From Candidatus Nomurabacteria bacterium (lineage in GTDB: Bacteria; Patescibacteriota; Minisyncoccia; Phycocordibacterales; UBA9973): a stretch of DNA of 64,000 nucleotides. Numbering within the stretch: position 1 is the stretch's first letter; each line of letters opens with the position of its first letter. Position numbers and translations under genes: made by a program. The stretch covers positions 15,944-79,943 of the forward strand of contig JAPLXP010000014.1 in NCBI GenBank assembly GCA_026396015.1, written 5' to 3'. Below the pieces are notes generated by a model that was given only the letters and a program-made list of their open reading frames with translations, did not search any database and had not been told where the DNA came from. Shown piece by piece: positions 49,943 to 62,608 of the stretch.

Positions 49943-50716
49943 CTAGTTAAGGAATAGGTAAAACAAAACAATAATTCCGAGTGCAATACGATACCACCCA
50001 AATACACCGAATGAGTGACTACGGATATAATTCAAAAACATTTTAATAACAAAATAGGCAACGATAAATGAGACAATAAAACCAAGGCCAATACTACCCC
50101 ACTGTGATGTAGTGATAGAAAGCCCTGATTTATACACATCGTAGAGTGTAGCTGCGAGCATTGTAGGAATAGCGAGCATAAAAGAAAATTCAGTAATTAA
50201 TTTTCGAGGAATTTTTATAGCTCTTCCTGAAATAATCACTGCGCCAGATCGTGACACTCCAGGCACCACAGCTAGAGCCTGAGCTGTACCCAGGAGTAGT
50301 AGCTCTTTATTCGTAAGAGTCTCGATCCCCCTCTCCTCTTCTGAACTATCACCATATCTTTTTTCAAATAGAACGATGATGATACCACCTAGCAGTAAGG
50401 CAGACGCGATAATAAAAGTATTACCCAATAGATAATGTTTTACAATTTTATATAATACGAAACCAATGACTCCAGTAGGAATAAAAGATATTACGAGTGC
50501 TCGTATAGTGCTCCAAGTAAATAACTTTTTAAAATACAATACAACTACTGCCATAATAGCGCCGAGTTGAATTATGATTTCAAAACTTTTTATAAAATCT
50601 GAAGTTGGTATAGATAGCAATGATCGAACCAGATCAATATGCGCAGTAGAAGATACTGGTAAAAATTCAGTTAGGCCTTCTACTATCCCTAGTATGATTG
50701 TATGGATGATGTTCAT
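49943..50716 (-). CDS. uppP: undecaprenyl-diphosphate phosphatase
   Basis: ILGIVEGLTEFLPVSSTAHIDL BacA signature. Confidence 0.9.
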   Translation of the reverse strand: MNIIHTIILGIVEGLTEFLPVSSTAHIDLVRSLLSIPTSDFIKSFEIIIQLGAIMAVVVLYFKKLFTWSTIRALVISFIPTGVIGFVLYKIVKHYLLGNTFIIASALLLGGIIIVLFEKRYGDSSEEERGIETLTNKELLLLGTAQALAVVPGVSRSGAVIISGRAIKIPRKLITEFSFMLAIPTMLAATLYDVYKSGLSITTSQWGSIGLGFIVSFIVAYFVIKMFLNYIRSHSFGVFGWYRIALGIIVLFYLFLN

Positions 50717-51219
50717 TATTTTTTCAAAAATTTAAAAACCAAACTAGTAAATAAAACACCAACACAATACCCTGCTACTACATCAATAGGATAATGCACA
50801 CCTATAACAATGCGAGACAATCCGATGAGCAGAGCAAAGAACATCAATGCATAGCCTAGATGCTTGTGCATAAAATATCCGGATAATGCGAGACTAGCAC
50901 ACACAGCAGCATGCTCTGATGGGAATGAATATCCAGAATCTCTAAATAGAGGAACGATATTCTCTGTCAGATAAGGTCGAGGAATCATCATGGTAATCTT
51001 TAAAAAGTGAGCTGCGAACCATGACAATACACCAGAAAAAGCTATCAATGAAAAATCAAATACTTTTTTATTCTTTTTAACAAAAAATAATGACCAAATA
51101 ATCAGAATAATAATGATTAGATATATATAAACATAAGATAAAAACATAGCAAAATCTGCAATATAAGAATTATGTGACAGTGAGAATATGAGGTGAAATA
51201 AAGATTGATTTAAAGACAT
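50716..51219 (-). CDS. PAP2-family membrane phosphatase
   Basis: SFPSEHAAVCASLA and SRIVIGVHYPIDVVAG PAP2 motifs. Confidence 0.8.
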   Translation of the reverse strand: MSLNQSLFHLIFSLSHNSYIADFAMFLSYVYIYLIIIILIIWSLFFVKKNKKVFDFSLIAFSGVLSWFAAHFLKITMMIPRPYLTENIVPLFRDSGYSFPSEHAAVCASLALSGYFMHKHLGYALMFFALLIGLSRIVIGVHYPIDVVAGYCVGVLFTSLVFKFLKK

Positions 51220-51220
51220 A

Positions 51221-52054
51221 TTATTTTTTTGCTATAAGCAAAACATTATTTAATAAAATCGCAATTGTCACCGGACCCACACCACCAGGAACCGGAGATA
51301 TAAACGAAGCGACACCAGACACACTATCTGTATCTACATCACCTACTATACCCCCATCGGATTCTGATGTACCAGCATCGATGATCACCACACCTTCCTT
51401 TACCATAGACCCATCGATGAATTTACCCACACCAGCAGCAGAGATCAGAATATCAGCAGACTTAATTATAGAATCCTTGTCCTCTGTAGACTTTGTGATA
51501 GTAGTGATATCAAATCCCCTGCGTGACAGTATATGTGCCACTGGCTTGCCAACTAATTCCCCTTGACCTACAATCACAATTTTTTTATTATTTAAATCTA
51601 GATTCAATGAGTCTAGAATATGCACACACGATAATGCAGCTGGATATCCAGTGTCATTCATATTCTCATAAAAAGCGATCCGTGCACCGTCTCCTAGACA
51701 GTCTACGTCGAGATGTGGAGCGATAGTATTCACGACTAAATCCTTGCTGAATTTTTCCGGTAGAGGTAGCTGGACGATCACACCGCAAATATTTTGAATT
51801 TGATTTATTTTTTTTATTTCTTCAATCAGTTCTTCTTGAGAAATCGATTCTGAAAAATGCGCGTCATGAAAAAGAATACCTAGATTTGTGGCGGCCTTCT
51901 TTTTCATATTTACGTATTGAGAAGACACTACGTCATCCCCTACTAGGACATCACAGAATACAGGCTGGAATGATAATTGCTCAACTTCAGATTTTACATC
52001 CAACAATATTTCATCTCTTATTTTTCTTCCATTTATTATTTGTGTTTGCATCAT
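51221..52054 (-). CDS. folD: bifunctional methylenetetrahydrofolate dehydrogenase/cyclohydrolase
   Basis: IINGRKIRDEIL N-terminus, VIVQLPLP, VVGQGELVGKPVA and FISPVPGGVGPVTIA motifs. Confidence 0.88.
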   Translation of the reverse strand: MMQTQIINGRKIRDEILLDVKSEVEQLSFQPVFCDVLVGDDVVSSQYVNMKKKAATNLGILFHDAHFSESISQEELIEEIKKINQIQNICGVIVQLPLPEKFSKDLVVNTIAPHLDVDCLGDGARIAFYENMNDTGYPAALSCVHILDSLNLDLNNKKIVIVGQGELVGKPVAHILSRRGFDITTITKSTEDKDSIIKSADILISAAGVGKFIDGSMVKEGVVIIDAGTSESDGGIVGDVDTDSVSGVASFISPVPGGVGPVTIAILLNNVLLIAKK

Positions 52055-52057
52055 AAA

Positions 52058-52135
52058 TTAGTTTCTAGGTTCTAGTGACTAGGTTCTAGGATTTTTAACT
52101 AATCACTAAAAACTAAATACTAGAACCTAATTTAA
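52058..52135. promoter_or_regulatory. CTAG-rich palindromic intergenic element (family C copy)
   Basis: aggttctagtgactaggttctagg ... tactagaacctaa between the ftsW stop and folD start. Core is identical to the 17600..17615 copy. Confidence 0.6.
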
Positions 52136-53254
52136 TTATATTCCCAGAAATTCGTTTCTCATATCATCCTTATGTGCCACTCTATTATACTTCCTCATCC
52201 CCATCAATATACCCAATCCGATAAATTCTGAGAGCAGATGAGATCCTCCGTAGCTGACAAATGGTAGCGTGATACCTGTGACAGGAGCCAGGCCAATATT
52301 CATACCTACATTGATTATAAAATGACTCATAAAGTAGATAGCCAAACCCATACCATATAGCATTTCAAAATTCGTCGCTCCGAGCATGGCATTGTGTAAT
52401 ATACGCCATATTATCAAACCTAGCAACACAAAGAGCAGTACCACACCTACAAAACCCCACTCTTCTGCGAAGGCTGCAAAGATAAAGTCAGTCTCGTATT
52501 CAGGTAGGAAGTTCAATCGTGACTGAGTGCCGAATCCTACACCCTTGCCTAGCAGCTGACCAGAACCTACTGCTATAGTAGATTGATACACATTATACCC
52601 TGATCCATGCACGTCTGACAGTGGGTGCAGGAAGTTCAAAATACGATGCTTTTGATACGGATGAAAGGCAAACATCCAGAGAATTCCAAAAGTCAAAATA
52701 CCAATTCCAATTACTGCGCCTAGATGCTTCAAGGAAATGCCAGACACTAGAGCCATACCAAACCAGATAAAGAAAATGATCATCGCAGAACCAAAGTCTG
52801 GCTGCAGGAATACGAGCATGAACGGAATAAAAGCATACAAACCAGAAATAAATAAATGCTTGATATTGCGAATCTCGACATGGCGACGAGAGAAATATTT
52901 TGCTAGTAGTAGTATCACTACGAGCTTCATCATATCAGAAGGTTGAAAAGAAAATCCACCAAATGAGAACCAACTCTTTGCACCATTTGATACGTGACCA
53001 GCTACGAATAGAGCCAAGAGCATCAAGGAGAAAAAGGCAAAAAGAGCAATCAGTACTTCAGTCTTTTTCAAGAATCTAAAATCAAAAAAAGATAGTGTAA
53101 AAAATACTGTAAAAGATATACCTATCCAAATCAATTGGTGGTTAAAGAGTGATGTTGCACCGGTGAATGACTTCATCACCACTAATCCTGCGCCCAATAC
53201 AGGCAGCAAGAATAAAAATAGTAGCCAGTCTATCTGTAGTAAGTTATTCTTCAT
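52136..53254 (-). CDS. ftsW: SEDS-family peptidoglycan glycosyltransferase (FtsW/RodA)
   Basis: 10 predicted TM helices. Conserved GYNVYQSTIAVGSGQLLGKGVG and C-terminal PFVSYGGSH motifs. Confidence 0.85.
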   Translation of the reverse strand: MKNNLLQIDWLLFLFLLPVLGAGLVVMKSFTGATSLFNHQLIWIGISFTVFFTLSFFDFRFLKKTEVLIALFAFFSLMLLALFVAGHVSNGAKSWFSFGGFSFQPSDMMKLVVILLLAKYFSRRHVEIRNIKHLFISGLYAFIPFMLVFLQPDFGSAMIIFFIWFGMALVSGISLKHLGAVIGIGILTFGILWMFAFHPYQKHRILNFLHPLSDVHGSGYNVYQSTIAVGSGQLLGKGVGFGTQSRLNFLPEYETDFIFAAFAEEWGFVGVVLLFVLLGLIIWRILHNAMLGATNFEMLYGMGLAIYFMSHFIINVGMNIGLAPVTGITLPFVSYGGSHLLSEFIGLGILMGMRKYNRVAHKDDMRNEFLGI

Positions 53255-53256
53255 AC

Positions 53257-54063
53257 TTAAAACGGAGTAGTAAACGGGTCAACGGACAACAATAAATCTT
53301 GCAAGACCGGCTTGCCATTGAAAGGTTCTGGCCAAGTAAATGATATCGGGAACTTTCCATTACTCTTGACCCCTTCGGCATGAGTACTACTGACACCGAT
53401 GGCATTATGATTCTCATCATAAACAATAGCAATCACATTAAATGCAGGTAGGTCATATACACTATCATTTACGACATCGGCTGTGATGATAGGTGAACCA
53501 GAGTCATCAGACAAAACTTTATTTTGAATTTTTATAGGCTGAGTTTGGATTGTAGGTTCCTTTTTATACCAGAAAAACTTTCCCTGGAAATCAAAAGTCA
53601 CACTCTTTGGAATACTATTCCCTACATCTATACGAGATTCAAATACAGCAAAACGCTGATTGGGTGGTATGAATGTCTTGCCAGCACGAGTAGCAATCAG
53701 AATACCATCTTGATCATAAACACGGAATTCATACGGCACATCCACAGCTCCCCCATTTTTATTTTGATTCTCAATATAAGCTAAAACATTGTAAGAACTA
53801 CCAGACACATGAAAAGCACGAGACCATAGCACCACAGGCTCGGAAACCTGAGCAGAGCAGAACTTCATACATAGTCCTCCACAGTCCACTCCGAGTTCAC
53901 TGCCGTTCTGTATATTGTCATTACAATTTGGAGCCTTGAAAATGACATTGTAAAATAACACAAAAAGAATCAATGCTACTACAAAGATTAGTCCCGTCAA
54001 ATACGTAAATTGTCTGCGTCCTGCCCATGACATATATTTTAAGTATAACAAAAATCCGCTCAA
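53257..54063 (-). CDS. hypothetical membrane-anchored exported protein
   Basis: TM anchor plus Cys-containing N-terminal region. No assignable family. Real start probably the internal ATG (MSWAGRR). Confidence 0.45.
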   Translation of the reverse strand: MSGFLLYLKYMSWAGRRQFTYLTGLIFVVALILFVLFYNVIFKAPNCNDNIQNGSELGVDCGGLCMKFCSAQVSEPVVLWSRAFHVSGSSYNVLAYIENQNKNGGAVDVPYEFRVYDQDGILIATRAGKTFIPPNQRFAVFESRIDVGNSIPKSVTFDFQGKFFWYKKEPTIQTQPIKIQNKVLSDDSGSPIITADVVNDSVYDLPAFNVIAIVYDENHNAIGVSSTHAEGVKSNGKFPISFTWPEPFNGKPVLQDLLLSVDPFTTPF

Positions 54064-54216
54064 ATGTAGAGCGGATTTTATTTCAATTTTTTTGTTTTTC
54101 GTTTTTCATTTCCTCAAGTAATTTTTTAACACGAAGGTCAACTTCAGACAAAGGCTTATTTTTTAATAATAGTGTGGTTATAAAATGTGTCCCACATTTA
54201 TTACACTTAAAATGAG

Positions 54217-54277
54217 AGTGTAGCAAGAACAGTGTAGCAAGAACGGTTCTTGCTACACTGAACGGTTCTTGCTACAC
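54217..54277. repeat. REP-B doublet: (gtgtagcaagaac)x2 then (gttcttgctacac)x2
   Basis: Two direct plus two inverted copies of the GTAG-initiated 12-13-mer can form a long nested hairpin. Same family as the copies around RAYT-B at 63371-63409 and 63589-63610. Confidence 0.8.
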
Positions 54278-54359
54278 TTGGGTATTTTTCTTTTAGTTGA
54301 ACTCTTTGTTCTGATGTGAAGTCGGAACAAAGGGACCCGACAGCAAGGCCTATTCTTTT

Positions 54360-54656
54360 TTAACCAAAAAATTTAAATAAAAATGATAACAATAAAGGAA
54401 TTACGATCAATATTAAGGCAATAATTAAAACTCTACTTAACATTTTAATCAAGATAGATACTATCTGTTTAAAATCCATCTTTTTAAGATCTTCTTTTTT
54501 TAAATTCTTATCAACATTTAAATCTACTTTAAAAAACTTTGATATTTTTGAAGTTAAATTTGATGCACCCCACAACATTACCAACTGAAAGCCTCCAAAC
54601 AAAAGACCTCCGAGAACAACAATACCGAGCACAAACAATAAATCAGAATTTTCCAT
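54360..54656 (-). CDS. hypothetical small membrane protein
   Basis: 98 aa with two hydrophobic helices. Confidence 0.35.
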   Translation of the reverse strand: MENSDLLFVLGIVVLGGLLFGGFQLVMLWGASNLTSKISKFFKVDLNVDKNLKKEDLKKMDFKQIVSILIKMLSRVLIIALILIVIPLLLSFLFKFFG

Positions 54657-54740
54657 TTTTTAAAAAATTAACATTAATAACATAATATTACCTTTATTAA
54701 TATATATTGTCAAAAGAGGATTTTAGACAAACAACAATAC

Positions 54741-54780
54741 TAAAATCAAAACCGTTACATTTCTGTAACGGTTTTGATTT
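54741..54780 (-). terminator. intrinsic terminator of the 23S-5S operon
   Basis: Minus strand reads aaaaccgttacagaaatgtaacgg followed by ttttgatttt, immediately 3' of the 5S rRNA. Confidence 0.8.
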
Positions 54781-54795
54781 TAGTTGAACTCTTTG

Positions 54796-54905
54796 TTCTG
54801 GCGACAACCTACTTTTCCCACGAATGAGTATCATCGGCGCAGATGGGCTTAACTTCCGAGTTCGGAATGTTATCGGGTGTGACTCCATTGCCAAATCACC
54901 AGAAC
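54796..54905 (-). rRNA. rrf: 5S ribosomal RNA
   Basis: Reverse complement GTTCTGGTGATTTGGCAATGGAGTCACACCCGATAACATTCCGAACTCGGAAGTTAAGCCCATCTGCGCCGATGATACTCATTCGTGGGAAAAGTAGGTTGTCGCCAGAAC. It contains the CCGAAC..GAAGTTAAGC and GCGCCGATG 5S hallmarks, and the terminal helix I pairs. Confidence 0.88.
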
Positions 54906-55039
54906 AAAATTTTCAACTAACGTATTGTATCAACAAATTTTGTCGAAAACAATAAACGATGTGTCATGATATGTGAAAACTGAATGCTATTTGATAGAGT
55001 GTCTCCCCGTAGGGAGATATACAAGATTGTTTGTGATTT

Positions 55040-58005
<2,966 letters not shown>

Positions 58006-58305
58006 GGAAATTTAAAAACCACATTTTCTTCCCTCTCTCGATAAGAGGAAAGCGATACACAATTTTGCTTTGTTGACGGGAACCGCTTCCCAGCAAAAGG
58101 TGTATCCTTTTATTTCTATCTTGCACTCTATTTCCATCCCGTATAAAAGACCCTAAAAAATTTTAGGATAACAGTGGGATGGAATAGCATTCAGTTTTCA
58201 AATATCATGATGTTTTTAAACAAAAAAAATAGCCTTTCGGCGGTACAAGCGAAACCATAAGAGGTTTAACTTCTCCGCAGATTTTGATTACTTTTCTTTA
58301 ATAAC

Positions 58306-58345
58306 ATCGTAGGAGCATTCTATACTAACGGAAAAAGAAAGTCAA
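58306..58345 (-). promoter_or_regulatory. candidate rRNA operon promoter (TTGACT-17-TAGAAT) ~300 nt upstream of the mature 23S 5' end
   Basis: Minus strand gcTTGACTttctttttccgttagtaTAGAATgctcc. The leader contains a 12-bp hairpin at 58126-58190. Confidence 0.45.
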
Positions 58346-58398
58346 GCATTTAGATTAGGTTCTATTAATTAATGGCTAGGGGCTAGTAAATATAAAGA

Positions 58399-58426
58399 AA
58401 AAGAGCCTGAAAGGCTCTTTTTCTTT
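58399..58426 (-). terminator. intrinsic terminator downstream of the 58486..59172 gene
   Basis: aaaaagagcctgaaaggctctttttc. Confidence 0.75.
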
Positions 58427-58485
58427 ACTAGAAACTAATTATTAAAAACTAGTCACTAATCATATGACGAAGCTTTATTCTGTGC

Positions 58486-59172
58486 TTATTTTGAGATATC
58501 TTTTGAAACATTCTCGATAGCGCGAGCAGCTGCATCGCGACCACCAATACCAAATGCTAGACCAAATGCCAATGCCAATGCTGCGATCAATCCTGTGAAT
58601 AGGATCTGCATAAATGCAGAGGCTATTCCTAGCTCTGAAAATGCAACGATAAATGCGAATATCCAGATTGCATAGTTTGCAATAGAACCTAGCATATTTG
58701 CTGAAGTTACATTTGCAGCACGTGCAGACGCAGAAACAATCTTTTTCATTGTTTGGGCGATAACTGTAGCGATGATCAATACTAGTGCAGCGATAGCTAC
58801 CTTTGGTAGATAGTAAACTACTGTCTCACGTAGAAAATCATTTACTTGTGTAAGACCCATAATCTCCAATGATGCCATCATGAAAGCCACAATAATAAAC
58901 CACTTGAAAAGTCCACCTATAAATCCACCTACATCAAGACGAAGACCTGCTTTTTGAAATGCTTCATTTGCACCAGCACTCTCGAATAGTTTGTCGATTT
59001 TAAGAGTTGCAAACAATTGAACAACTGCTTTACAAATAATAGAACCTACAACCCAACCAATAACAAATAAGATTACTGCACCCAATAGACTTGGAACAAA
59101 AGACATAAAACCTACCCATAGACTCTGAAGTGAACCTGTAAATACCTCACCCCATGTTTGTAAAAAAATCAT
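58486..59172 (-). CDS. membrane protein with repeated conserved TM-helix units (mechanosensitive-channel-like small protein)
   Basis: Six hydrophobic helices with repeated (V/I)IGWVVG / GLAFGIGG patterns. Confidence 0.55.
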   Translation of the reverse strand: MIFLQTWGEVFTGSLQSLWVGFMSFVPSLLGAVILFVIGWVVGSIICKAVVQLFATLKIDKLFESAGANEAFQKAGLRLDVGGFIGGLFKWFIIVAFMMASLEIMGLTQVNDFLRETVVYYLPKVAIAALVLIIATVIAQTMKKIVSASARAANVTSANMLGSIANYAIWIFAFIVAFSELGIASAFMQILFTGLIAALALAFGLAFGIGGRDAAARAIENVSKDISK

Positions 59173-59273
59173 AATAGAAATATATTTTACTAATTAATAA
59201 TTAAACGTACTTTGATAAAGCTTCGACCTCCTCAAGTACTATTTATATTATAACAAAAAATAGCCCATAAAGG

Positions 59274-59945
59274 CTATTTTTTTAGTAAATATGTGGATAA
59301 CTGCCCATTGTCTATTAAGGTCTCGTGTGGGAAGTCTACAATATCACATACTAGCTTGTCGTACATATTGAGTCTGTATTGGAATTCTTCAGTCTCGAAC
59401 ACTACATAGTCGAGTTCTTTGCCTATCTCTGCCTCTAGGCCCTTCACCACTTGTTGTAATACATTCTTTTTGAGCTTGTCCCCCACTAGCATCACATCTA
59501 CGCGAGAATCCTTGTTATTGGTAATAAACACACCGGACACGAGCATGAGCTTGATTTTGCCAGCCTGCCTGAATCGAGCTGCTAGATCCTCCTGAAGGAG
59601 TAGATTGGGGTCTACTAGTAGATCCCGAATGGCATTCACATATTGAAATGAAGTATCTAGGTACCAAGCAGGTATTTTCTTCTTTGATCCACGTGAACCC
59701 TCCACTGTGACAAATTTTTGTTTTACAAAGCCCATAGCTGCCAATGCATTGATTTCTTTTCTGACATTTGGCTTTGTGACACGACTACGAGATACTACAT
59801 CTTCTACATCAAAAGATGTATCTGGGTTTAATAAAAATAATCTCATTATCTTGACTCTGGCCTGACCGCCAAACAGCTTTGCTAGTGTTTCCATGGGTAT
59901 TAGTATACTCCATCTCCCCCAGCCTTTCAACCCCTGGAAAAACAT
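59274..59945 (-). CDS. hypothetical protein with N-terminal winged-HTH; C-terminal region weakly nucleotidyltransferase-like
   Basis: ArsR-like wHTH: KIMRLFLLNPDTSFDVEDVVSRSRVTKPNVRKEINALAAMGFV. C-terminal MLVSGVFITNNKDSRVDVMLVGD is only loosely reminiscent of the minimal NTase G[SG]...D.D motif. Confidence 0.4.
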   Translation of the reverse strand: MFFQGLKGWGRWSILIPMETLAKLFGGQARVKIMRLFLLNPDTSFDVEDVVSRSRVTKPNVRKEINALAAMGFVKQKFVTVEGSRGSKKKIPAWYLDTSFQYVNAIRDLLVDPNLLLQEDLAARFRQAGKIKLMLVSGVFITNNKDSRVDVMLVGDKLKKNVLQQVVKGLEAEIGKELDYVVFETEEFQYRLNMYDKLVCDIVDFPHETLIDNGQLSTYLLKK

Positions 59946-59989
59946 AAAAAAAGACCCTTTATGGGGGTCTTTTAAATAAATAGAATATA

Positions 59990-60589
59990 TTAGATACTAA
60001 TCTCATCGAGATTTATAAATTTCTCTGTCTGTAGATAATTTAAAATTCTGGGCTTCATTTTTGCAATCTGTTGATCGCACAATTTCAATACAGAAATTGA
60101 ATCATACAAAGGAAGGTAAAGACCTTTCTCATTAGTAATTCCATGATAACGGACTGTTTGATCCCACTCATAATCACTTGCTTCACCTTTGTCTTCTCCC
60201 GTTAAGATAAATCCTGGTTTCAATATTTTTCCTGAAATAGTCTCACGATATGGATTTCTTGTTAGAAAAACATCACGGTCCCAATGTGGAGTCCATGCCA
60301 ATATTTCTCCAGCGATAAGGTCAAACGTAAATGTGTCTGAGAATATAAATGTCTGATCACGTAATACCTGCCATGCAAGTATTTTATCCCATCCTTTCTC
60401 TGGACGAAGTAATTGTTTACTTTTATTTTTTTCCTCCACCTGTTCTAAAAGTTTTGAAAGTTGAGGATACAAACTTTCGTCTTTAGTGTCTAGGTACTGG
60501 TCATATAGAGCCCAGAAATCCTGCAATGCTTGTGTATTCATAATATAAAATGTTTTTTTCATATTACTTATAAAAAATAAATATGTCAA
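59990..60589 (-). CDS. hypothetical protein
   Basis: 199-aa ORF. No assignable domain. Confidence 0.4.
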   Translation of the reverse strand: MTYLFFISNMKKTFYIMNTQALQDFWALYDQYLDTKDESLYPQLSKLLEQVEEKNKSKQLLRPEKGWDKILAWQVLRDQTFIFSDTFTFDLIAGEILAWTPHWDRDVFLTRNPYRETISGKILKPGFILTGEDKGEASDYEWDQTVRYHGITNEKGLYLPLYDSISVLKLCDQQIAKMKPRILNYLQTEKFINLDEISI

Positions 60590-60593
60590 TAAA

Positions 60594-60622
60594 AAAACAC
60601 CCCCGTACGGGGTGTTTTTTTG
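60594..60622 (-). terminator. intrinsic terminator after rplL
   Basis: aaaaaaacacccccgtacggggtgtttttttg. Confidence 0.8.
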
Positions 60623-60630
60623 TAGGTTGA

Positions 60631-60993
60631 TTACTTAAGTGTAACTTTACCTCCTGCGTCTTCAATTTGCTTTTTTAGAGCTTCTGCTTCTGCCTTCTTC
60701 ATACCGTCCTTTAGAACAGATGGAGCTGCATCTACTAAATCCTTTGCCTCTTTAAGACCTAGGGCTAGAGCTTCTTTAACTACCTTCATAACACCGATTT
60801 TCTGCTCACCAGCTGATGTAAGTTCAACTGTAAATGAGTCTTTAACTTCACCAGCTTCTGCTGCTGCAGCTGGAGCTGCTGATACTGCTTGCGCTGATAC
60901 TCCGAATTTTTCTTCAATAGCCTTTACAAGGTCATTGAGTTCTAGAACTGAAGCGTTTTCAAGTTCTGTAAGAAATGAATCAAATTTTGCCAT
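60631..60993 (-). CDS. rplL: 50S ribosomal protein L7/L12
   Basis: [32 protein letters not shown]...[24 protein letters not shown]. Confidence 0.92.
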   Translation of the reverse strand: MAKFDSFLTELENASVLELNDLVKAIEEKFGVSAQAVSAAPAAAAEAGEVKDSFTVELTSAGEQKIGVMKVVKEALALGLKEAKDLVDAAPSVLKDGMKKAEAEALKKQIEDAGGKVTLK

Positions 60994-61000
60994 ATTTTTG

Positions 61001-61097
61001 TTAGGTTCTAGTAGCTAGGTTATAGCTTCTAGAACAATTAATTAATTGAATAAACTTTTTTGTATTTTACTAGCAACTAGAAACTAGTCACTAGAAA
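61001..61097. promoter_or_regulatory. CTAG-rich palindromic intergenic element (family C copy) between rplJ and rplL
   Basis: ttaggttctagtagctagg ... actagaaactagtcactagaaact. The 3' arm overlaps the rplJ stop codon. Confidence 0.55.
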
Positions 61098-61583
61098 CTA
61101 CTTCGTGCCTGCGACTGCAGATACTGCAATAGCGAGACGTTGCATTGGAGACTTGAGCAAGTATGCGATCTGTGATAGCAATACTTCTCGAGATGGGATT
61201 GTAGCAACCTTTTCCATCTCAGCCTTATCCATATACTTTCCTTCAAATACACCACCGACAATAGAGATATTCTCTTTATGTGTCTTTGCAAATGCGTAAA
61301 CTTCACGAGCCGGAGCAAGTAAATCTGTACCATATGCCATAGCGATCTGACCAGATAGTTCTGGCATGTCACCTGTCACTCCTTTTACAGCGAGGGCTCT
61401 CTTTAGGAGAGTCTTCTTTGCAACGTAGTAACCGATGCCATCTTTTTGTAAACTGCGGCGAAGTTCGTTTACGTCCTTTACCTTCAATTTATCAAATTTT
61501 ACAAAAACTACAGATTGAGCATCTACTAGAGCTTTGTCTAGTGTAACTGCAATCTCTACTTTCTTTTCCTTTTTTAATGCCAT
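61098..61583 (-). CDS. rplJ: 50S ribosomal protein L10
   Basis: MALKKEKKVEIAVTLDKALVDAQSVVFVKFDKLKVKDVNELRRSL matches the L10 N-terminal domain. Confidence 0.92.
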   Translation of the reverse strand: MALKKEKKVEIAVTLDKALVDAQSVVFVKFDKLKVKDVNELRRSLQKDGIGYYVAKKTLLKRALAVKGVTGDMPELSGQIAMAYGTDLLAPAREVYAFAKTHKENISIVGGVFEGKYMDKAEMEKVATIPSREVLLSQIAYLLKSPMQRLAIAVSAVAGTK

Positions 61584-61585
61584 AA

Positions 61586-61625
61586 TGTTAGGTTCTAGGA
61601 GCTAGGTTCTAGTGACTAGTAAATA
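61586..61625. promoter_or_regulatory. CTAG-rich palindromic element (family C copy) immediately upstream of the rplJ start
   Basis: ttaggttctaggagctaggttctagtgactag. Confidence 0.55.
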
Positions 61626-61800
61626 CTAATCCAAAACCAAATTCTTCAAACCTGTTTCTAAAATAAAAAATCGACCTGTTAAGGCCGTCTAATCACAATC
61701 CACAAGTGGATTTTAGTGACCTCGGAAGGGCTTATGATTGCCTTCTGTCTACGGCTTACGAGAGATAATGTAACATGAATTCCGTAGAAATGCAATACTA
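61626..61800 (-). promoter_or_regulatory. candidate L10 (rplJ) autoregulatory leader
   Basis: Long untranslated region upstream of rplJ with a 12-bp perfect hairpin (atccacttgtggat) and a GC-rich segment cgtaagccgtagacagaaggcaatcataagccc. Assigned by position and analogy only. Confidence 0.25.
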
Positions 61801-61942
61801 TTTATATGAATCCATCACAGTTAGAATCACCAGACCCAATCCGATCATAAGAGAGAAACCTATTATCACTTTGAATGAATGCTTGGTGAACATATATTTA
61901 TTATATCATGCGTTTTTATACATATGTCGATACACAACAAAA

Positions 61943-61978
61943 AAGCACCTTGGGCTAGAGCCCGCGGTGCTTTTTGTT
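61943..61978. terminator. hairpin H1: aaaaagcaccttgggctagagcccgcggtgcttttt
   Basis: Near-identical to hairpin H2 at 62549..62585 except that the central CTAG tetranucleotide is inverted (ctag vs tcta context). The two bracket the toxin-antitoxin cassette. Confidence 0.6.
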
Positions 61979-62234
61979 ACTTATATAAATCATGATCCCC
62001 TATAGCTAAAAGAATTGCTTCTTCTTTGTCACCCCACATAAAAACAATACGAATTTTATAATTTACATAAAAACTAAAATTTTCTTTAAATCTTCCGTGA
62101 AGTTTATGAACTTTTAATATAATATGGTTATCTTTATTTCTAAATAATTCTATCTTTTCTAAAACCTCTTGCTGTAAATCTTTTTCTAATTTTGAAAAAG
62201 ATTTAACAAAAGTTGGCTTATATGATATTTCCAT
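61977..62234 (-). CDS. RelE/ParE-family toxin
   Basis: MEISYKPTFVKSFSKLEKDLQQEVLEKIELF...HGRFKENFSFYVNYKIRIVFMWGDKEEAILLAIGDHDLYK, the typical RelE/ParE fold signature. Confidence 0.75.
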   Translation of the reverse strand: MEISYKPTFVKSFSKLEKDLQQEVLEKIELFRNKDNHIILKVHKLHGRFKENFSFYVNYKIRIVFMWGDKEEAILLAIGDHDLYK

Positions 62235-62240
62235 AAAGTA

Positions 62241-62450
62241 TTATTCAAAATTTTTAGCCAATTCTCTCAAATCTCCACGCAGTGTTGGTTCTTTCATAGC
62301 ATTTAAAACAACCTGAACCGCTTCTTCTTCTGCAATATGCGCAATGGCACGACGAACAACATCAGCTTTATTGGAGCCATACCCACTTTCTATTAAACCT
62401 TTTATTGATTCCTCTAGCTTAGCAGAAATCGGTACAGATATTGTAGTCAT
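62241..62450 (-). CDS. RHH-type antitoxin (ParD/CopG-like)
   Basis: MTTISVPISAKLEESIKGLIESGYGSNKADVVRRAIAHI is a ribbon-helix-helix N-terminus. The gene lies immediately upstream of the toxin, with a 7-nt gap. Confidence 0.65.
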   Translation of the reverse strand: MTTISVPISAKLEESIKGLIESGYGSNKADVVRRAIAHIAEEEAVQVVLNAMKEPTLRGDLRELAKNFE

Positions 62451-62548
62451 ATATTTATATTGTATGATATTATAATATGATATTATCATACATTATCCCC
62501 CTCAAAAAGGCAACATTTTAGAAATATACCCAATAAATACAACAAAAA

Positions 62549-62585
62549 AGCACCGTGGGCTCTAGCCCGCGGTGCTTTTTTGTAT
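62549..62585. terminator. hairpin H2: aaaaaagcaccgtgggctctagcccgcggtgctttttt
   Basis: Twin of H1. Confidence 0.6.
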
Positions 62586-62608
62586 TTATACCTTTTAAAT
62601 AAAGTATA

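Noticed and set aside
54697-54894. 65-aa minus ORF
   Set aside because: Overlaps the 5S rRNA and its terminator.
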